This document shows, piece by piece, positions 17,466 through 27,739 of a stretch of 32,000 nt of DNA. The translations under genes and the position numbers were made by a program. The notes beneath the pieces are model-generated. The model made no database searches and was not told the origin of the DNA. It saw only the letters and a list, made by a program, of their open reading frames with translations. Source of the stretch: Alkalilimnicola ehrlichii MLHE-1 (GTDB lineage: Bacteria > Pseudomonadota > Gammaproteobacteria > Nitrococcales > Halorhodospiraceae); NCBI RefSeq assembly GCF_000014785.1, contig NC_008340.1:1260001-1292000 (forward strand). The letters run 5' to 3'. Each line of letters begins with the position of its first letter. Within the stretch, counting starts at the first letter, position 1.

Positions 17466-18278
17466 TTAGTGGCGCTCCCCGTCCAGGGGAAGACCCAGTT
17501 GGGAGCGGTTACGGCCGCGACGGGCGCGGTGGGGGTGCAGGGGGGTCACGGTGGCCGGGGGGCGGCGGCGCGGTGCCGTATTGGCGGCCGGCCGGTGCGT
17601 CCGGGTGGGCTGTCGGGGAGTGGCGTTGAGCGGGGCTTCCCCGTCCCGTGCCGGCAGCGGCACGGGGTGGTCCAGCGCCAGGGTGAGCTGCTGGCGGCCA
17701 CCGCCGCGGCATTTGAAGATATCCAGCCGGTTACCGCCGGCATCCTGGCTGAGGGTGAGTCGCAGGGCGGCGGGGGAGGGCTGGGCGGCCTGTTGCAGAT
17801 CGCGGAAGAGGACGCCCCAGGCATCCCCGGATTCGGCGGCCAGTTGCAGCCGGCGCAGGGCGGCGGTGTCCAGTGGCCCCGGCCAGGCCAGCACGGCGCT
17901 GCAGGTGCCGGAGCGCAGGGCCTGCTCCACCGCCCACAGCCCCTCCTGGTCGGTGCGGGGGTGGACCAGCAGCAGGTGGCGGAGGTCCACCCCCGCAGCG
18001 GCCAGCGCGGGGGCATAGGGCAGGTTGGGTGGGGCGATGAGGACCACCCAGCGCCCGGCACGGCTCAGTCGGGCCAGTGCCGGCAGAACCAGACGCAGTT
18101 CACCCACGCCGGTCCGGTCATGGAGGATCTCGGTGAGTGCCCCGGCAGGCCAGCCGCCACCGGGCAACACGGCCTCCAGGGCCGGAAAGCCGGTGGCAAG
18201 CCCCCGGGAGGCGTCCGGGTCGCCGGTGGCACGCCAGATATGGGGGTGTTTCAGCAGATTGTCCAGTGCCTCGGTCAT
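17466..18278 (-). CDS. imuA: ImuA (RecA/SulA-like translesion synthesis accessory protein)
   Basis: MTEALDNLLKHPHIWRATGDPDASRGLATGFPALEAVLPGGGWPAGALTEILHDRTGVGELRLVLPALARLSRAGRWVVLIAPPNLPYAPALAAAGVDL is an ImuA-type N-terminus. The ORF-track start at 18599 overlaps lexA and is unlikely. Confidence 0.85.
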   Translation of the reverse strand: MTEALDNLLKHPHIWRATGDPDASRGLATGFPALEAVLPGGGWPAGALTEILHDRTGVGELRLVLPALARLSRAGRWVVLIAPPNLPYAPALAAAGVDLRHLLLVHPRTDQEGLWAVEQALRSGTCSAVLAWPGPLDTAALRRLQLAAESGDAWGVLFRDLQQAAQPSPAALRLTLSQDAGGNRLDIFKCRGGGRQQLTLALDHPVPLPARDGEAPLNATPRQPTRTHRPAANTAPRRRPPATVTPLHPHRARRGRNRSQLGLPLDGERH

Positions 18279-18347
18279 GTTGGGCTCCTCGCGCTTGCGA
18301 TGGTGGCCGTCCCTGGCCAAAGGCGGTCTCGGCTCCATGGACACCGG

Positions 18348-18363
18348 CTGTGGTTCAGTCCAG
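18348..18363. promoter_or_regulatory. Possible degenerate LexA box upstream of imuA
   Basis: CTGTGGTTCAGTCCAG matches CTGT-N8-ACAG at 7 of 8 fixed positions, 70 bp upstream of the imuA start and overlapping the lexA stop. Confidence 0.3.
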
Positions 18364-18981
18364 CCCCTCGTTGCGGATGACGCCCACGGCGATACCCTCC
18401 AGGCTGGCGTCATCGCGGGTGAGGTCCACCTCGATGGTGGGGTAGTCGGGGTTCTCGGCGAGCAGCCGCAGCCGGCTGCCGTGCTGCTCCAGGCGCTTGA
18501 CGGTGACCTCGTCGTGCAGCCGCATGACCACGATCTGGCCGTTGCGGGCCTCGTGGGTGCGGTGGACCACCAGCAGGTCCCCGTCGAGGATGCCGGCATC
18601 GCGCATGCTCATGCCGCGTACCCGCAGCAGGTAGTCGGGCCGGGGTGAGAACAGATGGGTGTCCACCCGGTAATGCCGGTCGATGTGGGCCTCGGCCAGG
18701 ATGGGGCTGCCGGCGGCCACCCGGCCGACCACGGGCAGGCCGTCACTGTCGTTGGCCGCCGCCTCCTCTGGCAGGTGGATGCCGCGCGAGGTGCCCGGGC
18801 GCAGTTCGATGGCCCCCTTGCGGGCCAGGGCCCGGAGGTGGGCCTCGGCGGCATTGGGCGAGCGGAAGCCCAGGGCGCGGCAGATCTCGGCCCGGGTGGG
18901 CGGATAGCCGGTGCGCCGGATGTGCCCGCGGATCTGGTCGAGCACCTGCTGCTGTCGGGGTGTGAGCGTGTCGTTTGTCAT
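18355..18981 (-). CDS. lexA: LexA SOS repressor
   Basis: [60 protein letters not shown]...[17 protein letters not shown]...[25 protein letters not shown]...[17 protein letters not shown]. The AG cleavage site and the Ser and Lys active sites are present. The ORF-track start at 19209 is too far upstream. Confidence 0.97.
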
Positions 18982-18986
18982 GATGA

Positions 18987-19002
18987 CTGTAAATTTATAC
19001 AG
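18987..19002. promoter_or_regulatory. LexA binding site (SOS box)
   Basis: CTGTAAATTTATACAG, a perfect CTGT-N8-ACAG; extended palindrome ends 18986-19003 (ACTG...CAGT). Confidence 0.9.
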
Positions 19003-19185
19003 TCTTCGCGGCTTGTGCAAGCCTGGGGCGTGGTTGGACCTGCAGACAGTGATGGCCTGGCCCGGCATGCGGCGCTGCCACATGTGCTTGCGCGATGCAT
19101 GGCGGATAATGGGGTGAACCAAGGGGTGAAAGCGGAGACGGTACAGGTACAATTCACGCCTTATGGACGGCGGATGACGGTGTAA

Positions 19186-21393
19186 ATGGTACATACCGGA
19201 CTGACACAATTACCCGACGAGGCCCAGCTGGATTACGACAGCTGGGTAGCGCAGCTGCCTGCCCGGCTGGACGAGGACGACCGCCGGGTGCTGGCCGAGG
19301 CCTGGCGTCTCGCCGAGGCCGGGTGCAAGTCGGCGCAGCGTCCCACCGGTGACAGCTATTTCGAGCACGGGGTGGCGGTGGCCACCATCCTCTCCGGGTT
19401 GAGGCTGGACGCCGCCACCCTGGCCGCCGGCCTGCTGCACGACCTGCCCACCCTGGATGACACCGCCTTGGGCCGTATCCGCAAGCAGCTCGGCGATGAC
19501 GTGGCCCACCTGGTGGCGGGGGCTTCGCGCATGCAGGACATCTCCCGTTTCCACGACCCGGGCCAGTTGTCCGGTGAATCGGAACGTGCCGAGGGGCTGC
19601 GCAAGATGCTGCTGGCCATGGCCTCGGACGTGCGGGTGGTGTTCATTACCCTGGCCGAGCGGCTGCACGACCTGCGCAGCATCCGCGACCTGCCCGAGAC
19701 GCTGCAGCAGCGCATCGCCCAGGAGACCCGGGACATCTACGCCCCTCTGGCCAATCGCCTGGGCATCTGGCAGCTCAAGTGGGAGTTGGAGGACCTGGCC
19801 TTCCGTTACCTGCAGCCCGATGTCTACAAGCAGGTGGCCAAGCTGCTGGCGGAGCGCCGGCTGGACCGCGAGGCCTACATCGAGCGGGTCCGCAGGGAAC
19901 TGCAGGAGGCCCTGAGGCAGGCCGGAATCGACGCTGAGGTGGTGGGCCGGCCCAAGCATATCTACAGCATCTGGCGGAAGATGCAGCGCAAGGGCCTGCG
20001 CTTCGAGGAGCTCTACGACCTGCGCGCCCTACGGGTGCTGGTGGAGGACGTGGGCACCTGTTACGCGGTGCTGGGGGTGGTGCACAGCCTCTGGAAGCAC
20101 ATCCCCAAGGAGTTCGATGACTACATCGCCACGCCCAAGGAGAACAATTACCGCTCCCTGCATACCGCGGTGGTCGGCCCCGAGGGCAAGACCCTGGAGG
20201 TGCAGATCCGCACCTACGCCATGCACCAGGAGGCGGAACTGGGCATCGCCGCCCATTGGCGCTACAAGGAGGGCGGCCGCCAGGACCGCGATTTTGAACA
20301 GAAGATCGCCTGGCTGCGCCAGATCCTGGAGTGGGGGCAGGAGGAGAACGGCGCCGAGGACTTCATCGATCGTTTCAAGGCCGAGGTGTTCGAGGACCGG
20401 GTCTACGTCATCACGCCCCAGGGTGACGTGGTGGACCTGCCCCGGGGGGCCACCCCGCTCGATTTTGCCTATCACATCCACTCCGATGTCGGGCATCACT
20501 GCCGCGGGGCCAAGGTCAACGGCCGTATGGTCCCGCTGACCCATACCCTCAAGAGCGGCAGTCAGGTGGAGATCATCACCTCACGCTCAGCCACCCCCAG
20601 CCGCGACTGGCTCAACCCGTCGCTGGGCTACCTGCGCACCTCCCGGGCGCGGGCCAAGGCCAGGGCCTGGTTCCGCCAGCAGGATCACGACAAGAACGTC
20701 CAGGCCGGACGTAACATCCTCGACCGGGAGCTCCACCGGCTGGGGCTGCAGGACGTGCCCTTGGACGAGCTGGCGCAGAAGACCCGCTTCCGCCGGCTGG
20801 AGGAGTTCCTGGCGGCACTGGGGCGCGGTGATATCACGGCCGGTCAGATCGCCAGCATCGTCGGCGAGCGGGTATTGCCCCGGCCCGAGGGCGAGGAACC
20901 GTTGCAGGTCAGCCGCAAGCGCAGCACCGTCTCCAGCACGGGCGGTGACGAGGTGACCATCTACGGGGTGGACAACCTGCTGACCCGGCTGGCCCGCTGC
21001 TGCACGCCCGCGCCCGGTGACCCCATCATCGGCTTCCTAACCCGGGGCCGCGGCGTGACCATTCACCGCCGGGACTGCCCCGAGGTGGGCCGTGCTCGCT
21101 CCGATGCGCCGGAACGGCTGATCGATGTCACCTGGACCGATCCGGGGGGCAAGCGTTACCCGGTGAATATCATCATCCACACGCCGGATCTCCAGAGGGC
21201 CCTGCGCGACGTCTCCAAGGTGCTGACCAATGAGCAGATCCGACTGCTGGGGATCAACACCCAGTCGGATTCCCGCGGTGAGCACGCCTCGCTGGATCTG
21301 TCACTGGAGGTGGCGGACGTCAACCAGATGAGCCGCCTGATGAACCGCATCGGCAGTCTGCCCCACGTGCAGGACGTGCACCGCAAGGGCTGA
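19186..21393 (+). CDS. relA: (p)ppGpp synthetase RelA (GTP pyrophosphokinase)
   Basis: Synthetase core [112 protein letters not shown]; TGS domain [41 protein letters not shown]; C-terminal ACT-like domain. Confidence 0.96.
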
Positions 21394-21436
21394 TACGCCG
21401 GCCCCCGGAGCCCCGGAGGCCGGGCTGGTTCCGGAC

Positions 21437-23350
21437 TCAGGTCCTGAAGCGCCCCACCAGTTGCTGTAGCTGGCTGGCGAGTTGGGCGAGCTGATCGCTG
21501 GCAGTGGCGCTCTCCTGCACGGAGCGCCCGGTATCCTCGGCCACATCCTTGATGTGGGTGATATTCCGGTTGATGTCCTCGCTGACGGCCGATTGCTCCT
21601 CCACCGCGCTGGCGATCTGGGTGGCCATGTCGTTGATCTGACTGACCGAGGCGGCCACCTCTTCGAGGGTGGAGCCGGTGCGTGCCGAGGCCTGGACACC
21701 CTCGCGGGCCTGCTGGCGGCTCTCCTCCATGACCGAGACGGCCTGGCTGGTGCCCGACTGCAGCCGTTCGATCATCTCTTCGATCTCGCCCACCGATTGC
21801 TGGGTACGGGCGGCGAGGCTGCGCACCTCGTCCGCCACCACCGAGAAGCCGCGGCCGTGTTCGCCGGCGCGCGCCGCCTCGATGGAGGCGTTGAGGGCGA
21901 GCAGGTTGGTCTGATCGGAGATCTCCCGGATGACGTCCAGCACCGAGCCAATGTGCTCGCCTTCCTCGGCCAGCTTCTCGATCACCTGCGCCGCGGCCTG
22001 GACCTCCTCGGCGAGCTGATCGATGGCCTCCATGGAGCCGTGTACCACCTGGCGACCGTCCTCCGCCTTACTGGCGGTCCCATGGGCCAGATCGGCGGCC
22101 TCCTGGGTGGTGCGGGCAATCTCGGCCACGGTGGAGGTCATCTCGTTCATGGCGGTGGCCACCTGGGTGGTGTCGTCCTGCTGGCGCTGCGTGCCGTCCT
22201 GGGTCTGCCGGGCAATGGTGGCCATCTGCTCGGAGGCGGCGGCGATCTGGGTGGTCGCCTCGGCGGTCTCACGCACGAGCTTGCGGATCTTGTCCACGAA
22301 GCGGTTGAAGGCGGTGGCCAGCTCGGCCATCTCGTCACGGCCGGAGTCGTCCAGATGCCGGGTGAGGTCGCCATCACCCTGGGCGATGTCGTTCAGGTGG
22401 CCGACAGTGGCGCGGATGGGACGGACGATGCCGCGGGCGAGCCAGAAGGCCACCGCCAGCCCGACCAGAATGCCGATCAGGGCTATCCCACCGGCCTGGA
22501 GGGCGGTGTTGCGCAGGGTGGCGGCGTAGAAGCTGCGGTCCATGCCGATCTCCACAACCGCGATGCGGTCGCCGGAGAAGTCGTGGATCGGCCGTGCCTC
22601 CGTGGCGTAAGGCACCCCGTTGCGTTCCGTGTCGCCACGCGCCTCGTCGCCGGTCCAGGCCCGGTGGAGCATGCCCTGGCTGACCAGCGACTGACCGCGC
22701 AGGGTGCTGGCCAAGACCTGGAAGCCATCCTCCTGACGGGTATAGATGGAGAGCTCCACCCCGAATTCCTCGGCGAAGCGGTCCACGAACTGCTGTCCCA
22801 GGTCGATGCCAAACTCCACGGCACCGACGTGGTTCCCGTCCAGATCGGCGACCGGGCTCACCCCGCGGATTCCGATCCCCAGCACGCCCCCCTCCAGGCC
22901 GCGCACCGTGGTGGCCGCCTCGTTGGCAGTGACAATGGTCTTGCGGACCTCCGACAGGTCGTCGCCGTACCGGTCGGGCCGGTGAAAGCGGAAAAAGGAG
23001 GTGGCCGGCGGCTCATGAAACTGGAACTGGAACAGCCCGTACGCCTCGGCGTTGGCGTCGTACATGGGCTGGAGCATGTTCACCAGGTAGTCGCGGTCGC
23101 GCCGCGCGAAGGCCGCACGGACCTGTGGGATGTGCGCCATCAGCGAGGCATAGCTCTCGGCCATCCGGGCATCGTCGGCGATCTCCGTCTCCAGCGCCCG
23201 GTAGACATGGTCCAGCTCCCGCTGTTCGGCCTGCTCCACCAGTGCTCCGGTGCGCCAGATGAACAGCGCTGAGAAGAGCGCCACGCCCACCACGGTCAGC
23301 GTGGCCACTGAGAGCGTCAGACGGCTGCTGATCTTGAGATTATTGAGCAC
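21437..23350 (-). CDS. Methyl-accepting chemotaxis protein with periplasmic (Cache-like) sensor and HAMP domains
   Basis: N-terminal TM, periplasmic region, second TM, HAMP ([29 protein letters not shown]), and signalling hairpin [65 protein letters not shown]. Confidence 0.93.
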   Translation of the reverse strand: MLNNLKISSRLTLSVATLTVVGVALFSALFIWRTGALVEQAEQRELDHVYRALETEIADDARMAESYASLMAHIPQVRAAFARRDRDYLVNMLQPMYDANAEAYGLFQFQFHEPPATSFFRFHRPDRYGDDLSEVRKTIVTANEAATTVRGLEGGVLGIGIRGVSPVADLDGNHVGAVEFGIDLGQQFVDRFAEEFGVELSIYTRQEDGFQVLASTLRGQSLVSQGMLHRAWTGDEARGDTERNGVPYATEARPIHDFSGDRIAVVEIGMDRSFYAATLRNTALQAGGIALIGILVGLAVAFWLARGIVRPIRATVGHLNDIAQGDGDLTRHLDDSGRDEMAELATAFNRFVDKIRKLVRETAEATTQIAAASEQMATIARQTQDGTQRQQDDTTQVATAMNEMTSTVAEIARTTQEAADLAHGTASKAEDGRQVVHGSMEAIDQLAEEVQAAAQVIEKLAEEGEHIGSVLDVIREISDQTNLLALNASIEAARAGEHGRGFSVVADEVRSLAARTQQSVGEIEEMIERLQSGTSQAVSVMEESRQQAREGVQASARTGSTLEEVAASVSQINDMATQIASAVEEQSAVSEDINRNITHIKDVAEDTGRSVQESATASDQLAQLASQLQQLVGRFRT

Positions 23351-23440
23351 GGAACCCCCTTTGCTTCCCGCGTGTCCATGCGGCGTGCCCGACCTCTGGG
23401 CTGCGTACTGCCGCTCGGTAGAGTGTGTTGGCTATCCCCT

Positions 23441-23467
23441 GTATCGGACGGGGGGGCGGGAAGTTGA
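23441..23467 (-). promoter_or_regulatory. Sigma-28 (FliA)-like promoter for the chemotaxis gene
   Basis: Minus strand TCAACTTC-N11-TCCGATAC compared with TAAAGTTT-N11-GCCGATAA; about 90 bp upstream of the MCP start at 23350. Confidence 0.45.
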
Positions 23468-23553
23468 GTCGTCGTCAAAAACCATTCGTAGAATAGTTAT
23501 ATTGCCGACGTCACCCGGTTTTGACAAACTGGCTCCCCTACCAAGGAACTAAT

Positions 23554-25695
23554 ATGTTGTCACTATCATGCGGGACATCTCCGCACTGCATGCCGGGGGG
23601 GGCGATGCGGGAACAGTTGCTGGAGAGCCTGGCCGAGGGGGTCTTCAGCGTGGATGCCGAAGGCAACTTCACCTTTCTCAACCGGGCCGCCTGCCGGCTG
23701 CTCGGCTTGGCCGACGAGCAGGTGGCATTGCGCGCCAATCACCAGGAGTGGGCCCTGCACAGCGGGCCCGACAGTCAGCCGTTGCCGCCCCGCTCCTCGC
23801 CCATCGATCAGGTGCTGCGCACGGGGTGCGTCCTGAAGGGCTGCGAGTTGCGGTTCCGGCATAGTGACGGCCATCCCGTGCCGGTCCTGGTCAACGCTGC
23901 GCCCCTGTATGGCGAGGAGGGGCGTATCGCCGGGGCGGTGGTCTCGTTTCAGGATGTCCGCGAGCGTCAGGTGGCCCGGGAGGCCTTGGAACGCAGGGAG
24001 GCGGAGCTGGCGGAGGCGCAACAGATCGCGCACTTGGGAAGCTGGGTCTCGGACTTCGTGCGCAACGAGATCCGTTGGTCGGATGAGGTCTACCGGATCT
24101 TCGGCCTGACCCCGGGGGAATGGGGCGGAACCGAGGCCGCCTTTATGGAGGCGGTGCATCCGGAGGACCGGGCCCGGGTGCGCCAGGCCATCGATGAGTC
24201 GATGCGGCCGAACGGCCCGCCCTATGACATCGAGCACCGTATCCAGCGGCCCGACGGCAGTGTCCGAATCGTGCATCAGAAAGGCACCGTGGCCTTCGAC
24301 GCCGACGGTCGCCCGCTGCGCATGGCCGGGGTGGTGCACGACATTACGGAGATGCGCGAGGCGGAGCGCCGGCTGCAGTACCTTTCCCATCACGACGTGC
24401 TCACCGAGCTGCCCAATCGCACCCTGTTCCAGATCCGCCTGCGTCAGGCGATCAGCGAGGCGCAGGCGGAGAAGGGGTGTTTTGCTCTGGTGCACATCGG
24501 CCTGGATCGGTTCCGGAGCGTTAACGAGGGAGTGGGCCACCATGCCGGCGATCAGGTCCTGCAGCAGGTGGCGCGCCGGTTGGAGGCGTGTCTGCGCCCC
24601 GGCGAGACCCTGGCCCGACTCGGGGGGGATGAGTTCGCCGTCCTGCTGGCCGGCGCCGGTGATGATGCCGAGGTGGCGGCCGGCGTGGACCGGCTGCTGG
24701 CGCCGCTGCAGGAACTCTTCCGGGTCGGTGAGGACGAGTTCTACGTGCCCGGCTCCGCGGGTGTCGCACTCTACCCTCATGACTGCAGCAGTCCCGGAGA
24801 GCTGATGCAGCGGGCCGAGGCCGCCATGCATCGGGCCAAGCAGGAGGAAAGCACTCGCTTGGCGTACTACTCCGCGGAGATGAACCAGCGGGCACGGGCC
24901 CGGGTGGCCCTGGAGAGCCGTCTGCGCCGGGCAGTGGACCGCATGGAGGGATTCTATCTCGATTACCAGCCCCGGGTGGAGACGGCCACCGGACGTATCA
25001 TTGGCTTGGAGGCCCTGTTGCGTTGGCGGGAGGGGGAGGGGCCGGTCCATTCACCGGCGACCTTCGTCCCGGTATTGGAGCAGACCGGCCTGATCATGGA
25101 ATTGGGCGAGTGGATCGTCGGCGAGGCCTGCCGTCAGGCCCGGGCCTGGCGACAGGCGGGCCTGCCGCCTGTGCAACTGGCGGTCAACCTGGCGGCGCCC
25201 CAGTTCCGGGACCCGGCGATGCCGGGGATTATCGAGGGCGCTCTCGGGGAGGCGGGGCTGCCCCCGGGCAACCTGGAGCTGGAGGTGACCGAGAGCATGC
25301 TGATGCGGGAGGTCACCTCGGTCATCGATACCCTCGGGCAGTTCCGCGATATGGGGGTGCGGGTTGCGATGGACGACTTCGGCACCGGCTACTCCTCGCT
25401 TGCCTACCTGCGCCGCTTCCCGATTGACGTGCTCAAGATCGACCGTTCCTTTGTCAACGACCTGTACGCCGACGAGAGTGGGGCGGCCATCATCCGCACC
25501 ATCCTGAGCCTGGCGGACAACCTGGGCATGGAATCGGTGGCGGAGGGGGTGGAACGGCCGGAACAGCACGCCTTCCTGTGCCGTGAGGGGTGCCACGCTG
25601 TTCAGGGGTATCTCTTCTCCCGGCCGGCCTCTCCTGAGGTCTGTGCCCGCATGCTCCGCCGGGGGCGTCTTTCGTTCGAAGGCGGGGGCGGATGA
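23554..25695 (+). CDS. PAS-GGDEF-EAL domain protein (cyclic di-GMP signalling)
   Basis: ATG 23554 with AAGGAAC RBS. Two PAS regions (LESLAEGVFSVDAEGNFTFLNRAACRLLG; RIFGLTPGEWG..), HHDVLTELPNRTLF, ARLGGDEFAVLLAG, GLEALLRW, LELEVTESML, MDDFGTGYSSLAYLRRFPIDVLKIDRSFV, SVAEGVE. Confidence 0.93.
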   Translation: MLSLSCGTSPHCMPGGAMREQLLESLAEGVFSVDAEGNFTFLNRAACRLLGLADEQVALRANHQEWALHSGPDSQPLPPRSSPIDQVLRTGCVLKGCELRFRHSDGHPVPVLVNAAPLYGEEGRIAGAVVSFQDVRERQVAREALERREAELAEAQQIAHLGSWVSDFVRNEIRWSDEVYRIFGLTPGEWGGTEAAFMEAVHPEDRARVRQAIDESMRPNGPPYDIEHRIQRPDGSVRIVHQKGTVAFDADGRPLRMAGVVHDITEMREAERRLQYLSHHDVLTELPNRTLFQIRLRQAISEAQAEKGCFALVHIGLDRFRSVNEGVGHHAGDQVLQQVARRLEACLRPGETLARLGGDEFAVLLAGAGDDAEVAAGVDRLLAPLQELFRVGEDEFYVPGSAGVALYPHDCSSPGELMQRAEAAMHRAKQEESTRLAYYSAEMNQRARARVALESRLRRAVDRMEGFYLDYQPRVETATGRIIGLEALLRWREGEGPVHSPATFVPVLEQTGLIMELGEWIVGEACRQARAWRQAGLPPVQLAVNLAAPQFRDPAMPGIIEGALGEAGLPPGNLELEVTESMLMREVTSVIDTLGQFRDMGVRVAMDDFGTGYSSLAYLRRFPIDVLKIDRSFVNDLYADESGAAIIRTILSLADNLGMESVAEGVERPEQHAFLCREGCHAVQGYLFSRPASPEVCARMLRRGRLSFEGGGG

Positions 25696-25717
25696 GGCCG
25701 GTCCCTGCCTTGGCGGG

Positions 25718-26809
25718 TTACTCCTCCTCGCGACGGAAGGCGACCAGGTGCTGGGCATCGATGCGGATGCCCACGTCGGTGCCTTCGGGGTACACGTCGT
25801 GACTGGGGGCCAGCGCTAGCACCTGCCGCCCGCTTTCCAGGCGCAGGGTGTAGATGGTCTCTGCGCCCTTGAAGGCCCTGTTGGCCACCCGCGCCCTCAG
25901 GTGTGATTCCGGCATGAGGCGCACATCGTCCGGCCGCAGCAGGATGTCGACGGCCGTGTCGTTGGGCCAGGGATAGGCGCGGTTGCCGAGCAGCGTGCCC
26001 ACCTCGGTCTGCAGCCGGTTGTGGTCACGCAGGGTGGCTGGGATGAGCACGCCTTGGCCGATGAACTCGGCCACGAAGCGGGAGGCCGGTTCGTGGTAGA
26101 GGTTGTAGGGGGTGTCCCACTGCTCGATGCGCCCGTCCTTGAGCAGGCCGATCACATCGGCCACGGCGAAGGCCTCGTGCTGATCGTGAGTGACCAGGAT
26201 GGCGGTGACCCCCTGGTCGCGGAAGATGTCGTGCACCTCCCGGGCCAGGCGCTCGCGCAGGTCCACATCGAGGTTGGAGAAGGGTTCATCGAGCAGCACC
26301 AGGCGGGGGCGGGGGGCCACCGCACGGATCAGCGAGACCCGCTGCTGTTGTCCGCCGGAGAGTTCATGCGGGTAGCGGGTGCCCATGCCGCGCATATCCA
26401 CCAGCTCCAACAGCTCATCCGCCCGGGCCCGGCGCTCCGCCCGGGTGTGGTCGCGCAGCCCGAAGGTGATGTTCTCGTAGATGTTCAGGTGGGGGAACAG
26501 GGCGTAGTCCTGGAACACCATCCCCAGCCGGCGATTCTCCGGGGGCTGGGTGTAGCCCGGGCGGGAGATGACCTCGCCGGCCAAGCGGATCTCGCCGGCA
26601 CGCACCGGCTCGAAGCCGGCGATGGCCCGCAGGGCGGTGGTCTTGCCGCAGCCGCTGGGTCCGAGCAGGCACGCCACCTGGCCGCGCCGCAGCCGGAAGC
26701 TCAACCCGCGGATGACCGGCTCGTCGTCGTAGCGGCACTCGATGTCGTCCAGCTCAAGGAGGATGTCCTCGTCCTGTCCGTGCACCCTCTCGCCGCTCAC
26801 CACGCTCAC
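25718..26809 (-). CDS. ABC transporter ATP-binding protein, FbpC/PotA-like (ferric iron / spermidine / sulfate type)
   Basis: [41 protein letters not shown]...[27 protein letters not shown]...[33 protein letters not shown]; C-terminal TOBE-like region ([34 protein letters not shown]). GTG start overlaps the argF stop. Confidence 0.88.
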   Translation of the reverse strand: MSVVSGERVHGQDEDILLELDDIECRYDDEPVIRGLSFRLRRGQVACLLGPSGCGKTTALRAIAGFEPVRAGEIRLAGEVISRPGYTQPPENRRLGMVFQDYALFPHLNIYENITFGLRDHTRAERRARADELLELVDMRGMGTRYPHELSGGQQQRVSLIRAVAPRPRLVLLDEPFSNLDVDLRERLAREVHDIFRDQGVTAILVTHDQHEAFAVADVIGLLKDGRIEQWDTPYNLYHEPASRFVAEFIGQGVLIPATLRDHNRLQTEVGTLLGNRAYPWPNDTAVDILLRPDDVRLMPESHLRARVANRAFKGAETIYTLRLESGRQVLALAPSHDVYPEGTDVGIRIDAQHLVAFRREEE

Positions 26810-27717
26810 TCCTGTGCCAGCAATAGAAATTCCATCAGGGCCTTATGGGCGTGCAGGCGGTTCTCCGCCTCGTCCCAGACCACGCTCTGCGGGCCGTCGA
26901 TCACCGAGGCGGACACCTCTTCGCCCCGGTGGGCCGGCAGGCAGTGCATGAACACCGCGTCCTTCGCCGCCAGGCCCATCAGCGCATCGTCCACGCAGAA
27001 GCCGGAGAAGGCCTTCATGCGTGCCTTGGCCTCCTCCTCCTGGCCCATGCTGGCCCAGACGTCCGTGGTCACCAAGTGTACCCCCTCCACGGCCTCGCGG
27101 GGATCCCGGTGCACGCTGACCCGGTCGCCGCCGGCATGGATCAGGTCCGGGTCGGGGTCATAGCCCTCCGGTACCGCGATCCGCAGTTGAAAGTCCAACT
27201 GGCGGGCGGCGTTGATCCAGGAGTGGCACATGTTGTTACCGTCGCCCACCCAGGCCACGGTCCGACCCTGGATGCTGCCCCGATGCGCCTCATAAGCCTG
27301 GATGTCGGCCAGCAACTGGCAGGGGTGGAAGCGATCCGACAGACCGTTGATGACCGGGACACGGGAGTACTCGGCAAAGCGCTCCAGCACCTCGTGGCCG
27401 TAGGTGCGGATCATGATGATGTCCACCATGCGGGAGAGCACCCGGGCGGTGTCCTCCACCGGCTCGCCGCGCCCGAGCTGGGTGTCCCGGGGCGAGAGGA
27501 AGATGGCGCTGCCGCCCAGCTGGTTCATACCGGCCTCGAAGGCCACCCGGGTACGGGTGGAGGATTTCTCGAAGACCATGCCCAGCACCTTGCCGCGCAG
27601 CGGTTCGTGCAACTGGCCCTGGTCGCGAATGTGCTTCAGTTCCGAGGCGCGGTGGATGACGCGGCGCAGCTCGTCCGGTGTGAAGTCGAGCAGGGTCAGA
27701 AAATGACGCGGATGCAT
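26806..27717 (-). CDS. argF: Ornithine carbamoyltransferase
   Basis: [60 protein letters not shown]. Confidence 0.95.
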   Translation of the reverse strand: MHPRHFLTLLDFTPDELRRVIHRASELKHIRDQGQLHEPLRGKVLGMVFEKSSTRTRVAFEAGMNQLGGSAIFLSPRDTQLGRGEPVEDTARVLSRMVDIIMIRTYGHEVLERFAEYSRVPVINGLSDRFHPCQLLADIQAYEAHRGSIQGRTVAWVGDGNNMCHSWINAARQLDFQLRIAVPEGYDPDPDLIHAGGDRVSVHRDPREAVEGVHLVTTDVWASMGQEEEAKARMKAFSGFCVDDALMGLAAKDAVFMHCLPAHRGEEVSASVIDGPQSVVWDEAENRLHAHKALMEFLLLAQE

Positions 27718-27739
27718 GTGAGTCCTCCCCGGGTGGGGT

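Noticed and set aside
17466-18599. ORF-track extension of imuA to 18599
   Set aside because: The extra N-terminus overlaps lexA in another frame and is low complexity; homologous sequence begins at MTEALDNLL (18278).
18982-19209. ORF-track extension of lexA to 19209
   Set aside because: The extension crosses the LexA box and promoter; canonical LexA begins at [11 protein letters not shown] (18981).
21394-21436. GC-rich partial palindrome between relA and the MCP as a terminator
   Set aside because: No clean stem plus T run on either strand; support too weak to call.
23566-25050. 494-aa minus-strand ORF opposite the PAS-GGDEF-EAL gene
   Set aside because: Shadow of a gene with intact catalytic motifs in the plus strand.
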